Below, piece after piece: positions 50,566-61,322 of a DNA stretch of 64,000 nt. The stretch comes from Phoronis australis (lineage: Eukaryota > Animalia > Phoronida). The notes beneath the pieces were generated by a model. That model was not told the origin of the DNA and did not search any database. It saw only the letters and a program-made list of their open reading frames with translations. The DNA lies in contig NMRA01000042.1 in assembly GCA_002633005.1 (NCBI GenBank), positions 370,838-434,837 on the forward strand, given 5' to 3'. Within the stretch, counting starts at the first letter, position 1. Each line of letters starts with the position of its first letter. The position numbers and the translations under genes were made by a program.

Positions 50566-52557
50566 GAGAGAGAGAGAGATGATGATGTCAACTTTCATCT
50601 ACACGTCACTTCCGACTTCATTTTCACTTCAGGCCTTCCAGATTATACTATGACGTCACTTTGACCTTTTTTCGAGTTACCGATGACGTCTCTTCTGGGT
50701 ATATTTTGACGTATTTAACACAATAAATGACCCTTGACCTCATTTTTTCCGGTTTGCGGAAGATGTCATTTATGACCTTTGACCTATGACGTTTGACTGA
50801 GGTCCCTATCAAAAATGTCACTTAAACGACTTACTATATACTATTTGGGGCCATCCGGAGCTCATGCCGGAGCCGTTTGTCGATATGTTAACTGCACATC
50901 GTTTGATTAATTAGTCGGTCGATCGTTTGGATATCGATTGTATTTTTAACCCATCGCGACAGTCCGGCGACTTTGCCGCACACCTTGGATGCCAGCAATT
51001 TTGACCACCATAGTCCACGAAAACCTCCCCCTTCCAGGCTGTCGTCACGACTTTCCATCCTCGGGTTTTTGATCCCGGTAGCCAGGATTTGTTGCCTACG
51101 AAGTTTAAAAACGAGGAGCATCCCCGTGTCTACGAGGCGGGTCTCTAATTTGCGTGTTTCCTTAATTGTTGTTCAGTATGATAAAAAGGATACTGCTTGG
51201 CGTGTTCATCGGTGGAAAGTGGCTCAGTTCGAACAGACGTAAAACGGCTGTGCGTTAGGCTGCTTGAAGTAATCCATGCACCTTCCACTACGATTATTTA
51301 GTGTAAACTGGAGATTACAAATCCTCCTATTAGCAAACCGTAAGTTTTACACTAAAAGAGACTAAAAAGGCGCATTTGGTAGTCAAAAACTTTTTTGACT
51401 TAGATCAGTTTACGTTGTATAAAACTGGTGTGCGTTCAGTAACTCACGCTAGGACCTAGCTAAAATCTAGTCAAAGTCACGTGTTCTCCTCACTCCCGAA
51501 AATACACGGCAATGTCTCACGTAATCTCTCGAAGTCTTGCTTTTTAGCGAGGCCCTAGCGTTACTGAACGGGAGGTTGGTCTCAGCATGTTCCTTTCTCA
51601 AGCAGACGAGGGGAAGAACTGACAGATCGGTATATAGTGCTTGAGACCATGCTTAGCGCATCAAATGACACCACGTGACAAGCCAACTTATCGAGAAGGC
51701 TCTGTGAACAATTTCGAACTACCAGTTCTTCACATGCCCGATAATCGTCTCTAATCTAAGTAACTAAGGCATTTAGCCGGCTCAGACCAGCTGCGGATAC
51801 GATCGACCAAAAACGCCATCGGCATGTCAGTTTCGGGCCTTACTTGGTCATTCCTTCTAGAACTTCAGACAGTCCCTCGCTACTTACCGCATCTTAGATC
51901 CTCCAGTGTTTTTTTGTACCTATAGGTAACTGTTTTTATAAGTAAATGTTAAACAACACATTCGTTCAGTGCGCGACGCTTAGCTTGATGCCAAGTCGCC
52001 AAAGGCGACTTATGAAAATCTCAGGTCGCCAAAACTGACGTCGAAGTTGTCGACTAAAAAAAGAAAAAAAAACGTCGTGCCTTATTCCGTTATCAGAAAA
52101 TTACGCATACCTCTTCCATTTCTTCTGTAAAAATACGGGCCATTCTACATCTAACTCAGTTCCTCCTGCCAATGAAGAACGCAGACGATCGGATACACTG
52201 GAGGTGCGTGTTTCATGGTACGATCTTGCCCGATTCATTGCTGAACAATTCGACTTGAGTCTGTTTGCTCCCTGTTGGATTTCATTTTAACTCGTGTGTG
52301 ATGTGTGATGACTGCTCACGGTACCAAATGCACGAATTTCATGAAATATTGAAAGAATTGTGAATCAAATCGAGCACTGGTCAGTATTGAACAGTACACA
52401 TGGCTTTAAGAAAAACAAGAAAATTCGTGAACGGAAAGAAATATCTCTTTAACAGATTGTTATCTTTTGGAGTCAGACGGACTGCTCATGTTTGACTGCT
52501 AAACATCTGTTTATTCTTGCAACACGCACACATCCTAGCTCATGAATACTTTTACAG

Positions 52558-55500
52558 CTTGCTCAGTCAATCCGACTTGTGTTGGCATACGCCGGAGAGG
52601 AGTTTGAGGACAAGCGCTACGAACCAACATGGGACGGTAAATGCAACTATATTGGGACTGTCTGCCATTCTTGTGGGTAAACTTATATCATAATCCCAAC
52701 AGTAACATAATTGTCACCAAGTGAAATGAAGCGGGTCATTTGTGATCTTAACATTGGCGCGCTGGTTGAGATGAACTAGTTCAAAACATTTCGATGACCC
52801 CTTAATATTTTATTTTACAAAAAACTGTAAGGGCATCAAAATATTGCATTAAAAGGAAAAAGAGTATGTTTGTGTAGAAACCAAAGCGCTAAAAAGTACT
52901 TACGCCGACGTCATAAAAGCAGCAACAGGGAAATTAAAGCCGTCGAAGCAACTTACTAATTGAGATAATGAATGCAAACAAGTTTATTTAATCAAGAATG
53001 GCACGACAAACCATAAGTTTTGTTTACCCCGTTGACCACCGATCGTTCTCCGGGTATATCATCGTCTCCCAGGTGACTATCCGACTTTTCATAAACCTCA
53101 TGGAGGGTTCTTCCGTCGATCCCTGGGTGTCGATATGGGTTGTGTTGTCGATCACTGACGCAGACCTGTAAACAAATATTTAAAGACAAGTTACGTGTCT
53201 GGCGCAGACCTATCATGTGCAACTTGGTTCTATCAGCTGTAAGATCAATGGCCTTACATACCGACAGTTTGTGTTTACTGTTAGGGCATAACAGTTTAAT
53301 ATTTGAAAGGACTGATGTACACATGCAACTTACTTGAGTAATTATAACGCAAAAGCTTCTTACGACTCCAGGGGCCCGTTTTATCAATGATCGTGAATTC
53401 AGGCGTAGCTAAGACTATCGTAGGCGCTGCGTTGTTTTTAATAACACCAGGAAGAGATAAAACCGCCGTTTTTGGCCTCCTTCCCCGGAATAATTTTAGG
53501 ACTTAAGTTTCGTTTAAAAGGAAACAGATGATTTCATCAGAGAGATTAAAGCTTTTTCTACAGAAGGATATCAAAAAATCTCACTTTGCAACCTTAAACA
53601 GTGGTGTAATTGTACTTTGAAAATATCGACTTCAGCGCACGCAATCGCAATTTCCCACACGCAGTCACGGGTATTTAAGCTTTTCCGTCGATGTATAGAT
53701 GGCGCAGTAGTCAAGTACTCCCTCATTTGCATATCAAATTTGCATGTGGGAGTTCTGAGACTCTCGTAAGTTTAGTTGTTGTCGAGCGCTTGAGTGGATA
53801 AAGCGGTGACCTCCCGCTGAGATCACGCGCTNGTAATATGCAGTCTTTGAGGACCAAAGTGGTGTAATTTTATAGCTAAAGAGTTAATCTTTCAAAAATA
53901 ATGCTTGGATTCTAGATAACTTGAACATTTACTTTTGAAATCACGTTTGAAATCACGTTAAAATGCGCTAAAACAGTTGTCCCTTCCTGGTTATCTCTTC
54001 CTGATAACACGAAATATTGGAACTGACGTTAACATTAAAATTGTTCATGTTACACTTAACGACCAACTTCACGAGACACGTTTTATGAACTTAGTGAAAA
54101 TTAAAATCGGCGTTACGACTGTCTAACACCGGACTTGCGAGCTTTGTTAAAACGTGACCCTGGTGTTTTCGTCCGGTTTTTGATCAGTTTATCATTAACT
54201 AGAAAAAATGTTGTTTTGCAGATGAAAATAAATTGTGGGATAAAAAAGAATGGCTCGATGTAAAATTCAAGTTAGGATTACCGTTCCCGAACGTAAGTAG
54301 AAGCACAACAAAGTGAAAGAAGTCGGTGCAGGATGAGAGAAAACTGAAAATTCTCTCTTGTCGTTTTTTATCCTGAAGTTATTCTAAGTGTAGATGAATG
54401 GTAAACATGCTTTTTAAAACTCTTGCTTGATTATGATTTAATTATGTTCAGTTAATAATTTTTATAGCTTTGTCATCTCGGTATATCTCTTGGAAATTCG
54501 TTCCCTGGAAAATAGTCCCATATACCTCGAACCAACGATTCATTATTTTAATGCTTTTAATCATTTTTTCTACAATTTAAGTCAGAAATTTGGTTTTACG
54601 CCCCACACAACTAGGCCTATTCCAGAAAACTGATTAAATCTCACTTGAATAAAAGTGCAAAGTCCCTGTGCAGAATATACACATAGCTGCTACTTACTAT
54701 AACTTATTGTGAGACTGTGTTGAGCTCTTAATTACTTAGCTCCACCTTTTCAGCATGTGTGAAGTTGTAGCGCAAGACCACCATTTCTGTTTTAAGTCTT
54801 ACATATGTTAAGTCGCTTTTCATAAAACGTATCCTAGAAGTGCAGAGATTTGTGACAAACATTCAATAATTCGTCATTTTTCTCATCTAGCTGCCTTATC
54901 TTATCGACGGCGACGTGAAAGTAACGGAGTCAAACGCAATACTTTGCTATTTAGGACGAAAGTACGATCTTAGTAAGTTCAAATATATGTCATTCGTGTG
55001 GTTAAAAATCAAGCAATAATAGACTACTCAAAAAGGAAGACACCGTCTGTGTTTCGCATCCAGTTTCCTGGAAACTGTGGACACCTAAGCGTTGAGCAGT
55101 AAGTTCCTGACAATTTAAAGAAAATCTTAGAAAACTGTAAGACAACACGGTTTTATGAAAATTCGCTAGTCATAAAATGAAAGTCACAAAACGACAGAAT
55201 CAAACAGTGCGATTTCCCGCCAATTTCAGGTACAGGGTTTCTAAGGACCTTTCGTTTGGTGCTGGCGTGCTGCAGACGTTGCAATTGCCATCAAATTGCA
55301 GTTAGCTCTAGCTTCAATGTACACACTAATAACTGTAATACACATTGCGTTGCAACAGGTGACTGACAGCTGGGTTGCAACACTGGGTCCCTATGAGCCA
55401 AAGGATGACTGTATTTTTGAGTCTATTTAATGCTCTAAAGTCCACAACTTACCATACATTTTGTAACAGGATGATAATGTTGTTGACCAGTCACAGAGCA

Positions 55501-57741
55501 GATCTGATATGCTTCCCAGGACATCTGTTTGGTAACACTTCACAGCTCATTTTGTTTTCATTATGAAAAGAACGATACATTAAGTCTAGGAATGGATTTT
55601 CAGAAATCGCAACAGGCATTATTTAAACTGAAACATTTGTACGTGCAACTGTTACTCGCAGTTTTTAGTTTCAATTGACTGGTTATTTGTTTTTCTCTTC
55701 CTTTAGTGGGTAAAGACGAAAATGAACGTATATACAATGACATGCTATTGCAGCTGTCGTACGAGCTACATAGCAAGTTTTTTGATGTCACATACTGGAA
55801 TTACGTAAGTAGAGAATCATCATTTTGAGCTTTAAAGTTTACATTTGTAACGCGAAAGCTCGAAAACAATTCCTTAAAACGAAAGTACCATCTTGCAACG
55901 TCCAGTACAGAGTAATTCTCTTTTCCCTATGAGGAAATTTCCAGAAAAATCACAAAATTCACGATTTTGAAATATGCGCGAAGGAAAAACTCTGTGGTTA
56001 CCATAGAGTTTCTAATCTGCCTCCCACTTATGATAAATGCACGCTTGCGATCACAGTCAGTTGCTTGAAGTCGCTTGAGGTCAAAGTCACATTTTCCATA
56101 TAGGGGAAATCTGCCACGAACATGTCTTTTCATACCAAAAAGGGGACGCTTTTTTGCCTTGTGGAAGAAAAATCGACGAAGTGGCGAGCAGTTGACAGAT
56201 GTTTTTTTGAACTTTGAAACCAAAAGGAAGTGCTTTGATATCAACAGAAAGTAAAAATCTTTACGATCATGCCCTAAACATATCTGGTGAGCAGGTTGAA
56301 TTCTGTTTTAGTGGCAGAGAACAACTTTCAATATTACAATTAAGTCTGTTTATCGAGATGCCTCGTTTTACTTCCCTCTCTACATAAACGGAGTGTTTTA
56401 AAGTCTATACTAGGAATTTATGTAGTGGACGAATCATCTACAGTTGGCGTTTTTTTGTACGATGACTAACATTGTTTATGTTTTGCATTTTACGTGTGAA
56501 AAAACTCATTGTTAAGCAGTATTAGTCACTGCACGGCAGGCTACAAGAGTGCCATGCCCCCTTGTTCGTTGCGAAAAAGCCTTCCCCAATTTTGTGTTTG
56601 GCCCCCCTGTTCATAAAAAGTGCCCCCATTTATATTGCAACTAATTTCAGCCCAAAGCTCTCAAGCAATAATTCTAACTATGCTGATGATGTTAGTGACG
56701 ACGATAATGATGATTTTTAGTTCACGAAGAAAGACGAGTACATCAAGTCGCTACCAAATTTGTTGAGACCGTTTTCAGAATTTCTTGCTGACAAACCGTG
56801 GTTTGCGGGAGTTAACGTGAGTATCCTACAAAGCTAAACGTGAGTTTGCCGTATTGTGTGTTCTACTATCTCATAAGTACTCAGTATTGTGGTAAAATTT
56901 GTTGTTTTTGCATATGAAAACAACGTAAGCTACTTGAAAGAACTCAAGCTCCCGACTTTTGAAGTCCTCTGTAAAAATCGTTTTCTCACAGTGACTCTGA
57001 AACTTGTTGACATTGTGTCAAACACCTATCTGTTTTTAGTGCGAATTATAAGATCGATTAATGAAAGGTGTATATTTTGTTCTTAGTCGATTTGTTACTC
57101 ACTCTAGCTTACTGTGTGCGACTTTCACATGTACGAGGTTTTGGATCAACACAGAGTTCTCGAGCCCAAATGTTTGGAGCCATTTGAAAATCTTCAGAAG
57201 TTCTGCAACCGATTTGAGGTAACTTAAATTGAGTGTTATGTTTCCTATAAACAAAAACAAATGAACAGGGTCGAAGTTGCATTTGAACTCAGACCTTTTG
57301 CTGATGACACTGGGCGGAGAGTTATATTGACGGAGGCTACTGTTACGTGCATAAACCGAGCATTTTTAGTTTTTTTAAGAATGAAGTGCTTAGATTGAAC
57401 GAGTGTTCAGTAAATTCAACAATTGATCATTTTGAGAAAGATTGTGTTATTGACCAGAAAATTATCTAGCGAGTAAGAGAATACCACGTGACTTTCATAT
57501 AGACTTTAATACTTTACGTGAGCATTTGGTAGTACATTTAGTCCTAGTCTTTTTAATAGATTAGAGAAAGGTATTTCAACAGCAATAGATTCCGGCGACC
57601 TGTTACTAGTGAATACCTTGAAACAATGTTACAGTTGCCTCTCAATTTCAGGCACTTCCTACGATTACTGCATATATGAAGTCTGAGAAGTTCCTGCGAG
57701 TTCCTTTGAACAACAAATACGCCCAATTTACCGGTGTTTGA
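52558..57741 (+). CDS. GSTM: Glutathione S-transferase, mu class (exons 2-8; exon 1 not located)
   Basis: Exons 52558-52636, 54222-54292, 54891-54972, 55707-55804, 56721-56816, 57108-57218, 57652-57741 (627 nt, in phase, GT-AG). Translation LAQSIRLVLAYAGEEFEDKRY...[39 protein letters not shown]...FSEFLADKPWFAG..LTVCDFHMYEVLDQHRVLEPKCL..FENLQKFCNRFEALPTITAYMKSEKF..PLNNKYAQF is diagnostic of mu-class GSTs. Confidence 0.93.
53369..54162. mobile_element. Harbinger-like MITE in GST intron 2
   Basis: Imperfect TIRs CAGGGGCCCGTTTTATCAATGATCG / CGAGCTTTGTTAAAACGTGACCCTG; non-coding interior. Confidence 0.65.
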
Positions 57742-58344
57742 ATACAAAGAAATCGGACAGTCGCCTGCTACCTAGACGCAACCATAGCATATGTATTGGA
57801 TGTGCAATGCTTTGTCTAGAAGAGTCCGCTAGGATTGCTTTTGCCATTGTAACTATGCCTTCACAAAAATAGAAATGTCATAAATTTCGAGTAATTACTT
57901 TATCACACTTTTGTAAATGTCTCTCCGTCCTGAATATTTATTGAAGAACTGTATCTAACGGCACCAAAGGCCCAACTTGTATATAAAAATGTATAATAAT
58001 TTTGGATGAATGCCTGACTGAATTCTTCACAGCAACTGTGAGTCATTCATATTCTAAAATTTTGTCTTAATAGGGTAGAAATCTTTTAAAACAGTGAAAT
58101 TATTTCCCTGTTGGTTTAATTAGCTATTTATATATAACCTCTCTGGTTCATTTCCTTGTTATGTTACTACCACACCCTGTTGTTTAATGCATTTTGGTAA
58201 CACCAGTCTTGGCAGGCTTAGCCGCGAGTGTTCACTGCTCAGTCAGTCTTTTGACGGGTGCTATCGTACAACCCCTGACACCATTTCTGGTCGGGACTTT
58301 CATGTAAACATGGATTGGTATATACACACACACACACACACACA

Positions 58345-58932
58345 NNNNNNNNNNNNNNNNNNNNNNNNNNNNNNNNNNNNNNNNNNNNNNNNNNNNNNNN
58401 NNNNNNNNNNNNNNNNNNNNNNNNNNNNNNNNNNNNNNNNNNNNNNNNNNNNNNNNNNNNNNNNNNNNNNNNNNNNNNNNNNNNNNNNNNNNNNNNNNNN
58501 NNNNNNNNNNNNNNNNNNNNNNNNNNNNNNNNNNNNNNNNNNNNNNNNNNNNNNNNNNNNNNNNNNNNNNNNNNNNNNNNNNNNNNNNNNNNNNNNNNNN
58601 NNNNNNNNNNNNNNNNNNNNNNNNNNNNNNNNNNNNNNNNNNNNNNNNNNNNNNNNNNNNNNNNNNNNNNNNNNNNNNNNNNNNNNNNNNNNNNNNNNNN
58701 NNNNNNNNNNNNNNNNNNNNNNNNNNNNNNNNNNNNNNNNNNNNNNNNNNNNNNNNNNNNNNNNNNNNNNNNNNNNNNNNNNNNNNNNNNNNNNNNNNNN
58801 NNNNNNNNNNNNNNNNNNNNNNNNNNNNNNNNNNNNNNNNNNNNNNNNNNNNNNNNNNNNNNNNNNNNNNNNNNNNNNNNNNNNNNNNNNNNNNNNNNNN
58901 NNNNNNNNNNNNNNNNNNNNNNNNNNNNNNNN
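58345..58932. other. Assembly gap (N run) preceded by (CA)n microsatellite
   Basis: 588 Ns after (CA)~10. Confidence 0.99.
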
Positions 58933-60720
58933 TTAGGCTATGTAGTTAGCCGTTCAAAGCAGCTAATCGCGTAACATAGGCCTACTGAGGTTGCCGACGA
59001 ACTGAGTACGTAGTATTGTTTCTCACGTGACTTGGAATGTTTACGACACGACTGGGTTAGAGTGTAGTAATACACTCCTTGGTAACACTCAGTAGGCCTA
59101 CGTAAGTATTTGATATTACATGGGCGAATCACAAAGTAGTGCAAAGTAGAAATCCATACGCCTTAACATTTTATCGTCTGCAATACCAAAGATTTTATAG
59201 TTATGGTATCTTTGGCAATAGACTAAAACAACCAAACGCGCGCCAACCAAACAATGCCGGGATTCTGCGAAGGTGACAAGGTCATGATTGACAAATCGGG
59301 TGTAGCAACTGTACGTACTCCGAGTCGGAAGGACACTGCAAACAGCTTCTTAAAGAGTTCCCACCATGACCCTGTGTCTCAAAAAGGAATTTTGGCATCT
59401 TAACAAATTTAATAGCCTTTAATACACCTGTTGCTACGAAACAATCTAAAAATTGGGGGGGGGGGGGGTTAGCCCCCACTTTTTTCAGTGCTGCGCCACC
59501 CATGATTGTGCGTCGAACAACTTAGTGTGGAGTGTCAGTGTGGAACATGAGATTCAGTTTGGCGTAAGCCACACTTTGATCGGCATATTTCAAAGAATCG
59601 TGTTTCGACCACAAACATAAGCGGCGTTAAAATGTATGACTCACCACCAAGTAAGTGCATTTGCAAATTTTGTAAATGACGAACAAACTGCTTCCATTCT
59701 AGGGCGAGTGATGCCAGGCCCTGGACCTCGACCCAGATCGAGTGCTACTACAAGTAGGCTTATGCGTGTTTAGACTGTGCTCATTCCATCACGGCAATAG
59801 TGAATACGAGTAACCCAGGTTGGCTGTGGCCTTTGTCAGTAATTATTAAGTGTCTATTTTGTTAGTAGTGACCACCACTTGGTAGAGTTTGTTGTGGCTC
59901 ACATATGTCGTTTCTCGTGCAAGTGGGTCGAGTTCATACGGCCTGAAACCCGACAAAAGTTCGCTAAATGGGAAATCGAATTCATTGTCTGATTCTTCAA
60001 GTACTTGAGTATAAGTGCCCGTATCCACTCTCCTCTCGACCTGCATAATAATTGTCCTATTCTCGCCTACTATTGTCATTGTCTTCTGATCTGCAGTGTT
60101 CCGACATTGCAAATGATTGTCAAGCGGCCAACCGTATTCCACCCATTGCATCATTTGGCGGGAAACTTAGAAATAAGTAATTTTTCTTCAAAATTAAACA
60201 AAGTTGCCACTATTTGGCATAAAAAGTGCCTATTTAGCAAGATTTTATGGTATTCGATTCATATTAGCTAACTGAAACCTGAAAAAGTAAGAAAATGCAT
60301 GGTGGGAACTATTTAAACGGACCCATGATCTTCGGCTACGCCTATATCAGAGACCGTAGAGCGTTAGCGTCTTTGCCCATATCCACGTACGTTCATTCCA
60401 TCAAACGGACGGATACGAGGCCCAACTCGAGGAACGCGGCGAGACTGTCTAGCTGTGTTCAGTGCTCGCGCGCGGGGAAGCCTTGCTGACCCACTGTTAT
60501 TTATTAACATTAACTGTTTTTATTACATTCTATCGTGAATATTTGCTACGAAAGCTAAAGCACTTTACAATTGGTAAGCTCAATCTCTAACAAAAAGCAA
60601 CTGAATTACTTTACATTGCGCAAGACTGTTTTTACAAAAGTTGCGTCAGTGGTTGAAAGTTTTAGACAGGTCGAGTTTTTCGGCAAAAAGATCGTTTTTA
60701 CGGTTCATGTGAAAAAAACA

Positions 60721-60880
60721 AATCCTACACGCGATTGTTTCAGGTTTATGACATGAGTGGACAAAACCTCTTGGAAATTTCGTCAAAATCCCGAGGCTTA
60801 ATTGCCGATCAGTGATTTTGATGAAATTTCCAAGAGGTTTTGCCCATGTCATAAACACCTGAGACTCATCGTGTAGGATT
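60721..60880. repeat. Long inverted repeat (hairpin, ~70-bp arms) upstream of ARL2
   Basis: aatcctacac...caggtttatgacatg...caaaacctcttggaaatttcgtcaaaatc pairs with gattttgatgaaatttccaagaggttttgc.catgtcataaac..ctga...gtgtaggatt, with a ~23-bp spacer. Confidence 0.85.
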
Positions 60881-60930
60881 CTCCATTAACGCATAATTTA
60901 AATCGAAAAAGTGCATTGGACTAAAGTGAC

Positions 60931-61077
60931 CCATAGGTAATAAAAATGGACCATGAGTTGGCTCATGGCCATGTTTTTCTAAAAGTGATCCCTCCATAGG
61001 TAATAAAAAATGGACCATGTCTCTGTAACCATTTGAGTCAGTTGACTCAAAGCCATGTTTTTCTAAAAGTGGTCCCT
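60931..61077. repeat. Imperfect tandem duplication (63/84-bp units)
   Basis: ccataggtaataaaaatggaccatg...gccatgtttttctaaaagtg.tccct occurs twice. Confidence 0.8.
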
Positions 61078-61168
61078 GTACTCAGTAGCTTTGGCACGAG
61101 TTTCATGCGTCCGCATACTCGCCGGGGCTTCCCGTAGGACTGTACGCCGAGACACATCCATTTTAGTA

Positions 61169-61209
61169 CTGACGTTTGACGTCCAGTGTCGCTATGCAAC
61201 ACTTCCGGT
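61169..61209 (+). promoter_or_regulatory. ARL2 proximal promoter: CRE-like half sites, X-box-like GTCGCTATGCAAC and ETS site ACTTCCGG
   Basis: Motif cluster 115-155 bp upstream of the ATG in a locally CpG-rich stretch. Confidence 0.5.
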
Positions 61210-61322
61210 TAAACATTCAATGAGTCAGAGACTGAAATAAACCTCTGTAGAATAGCGCCGCTATATTGTGAGAAGTTTTGTCGTTTACAAGCCTGCATCT
61301 GTGCATATTGTTTTTATACACT

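Noticed and set aside
49896-50664. Long ORFs in the ORF track
   Set aside because: Artefacts of translating through Ns.
58187-58974. Long ORFs in the ORF track
   Set aside because: Artefacts of the N gap and the CA microsatellite.
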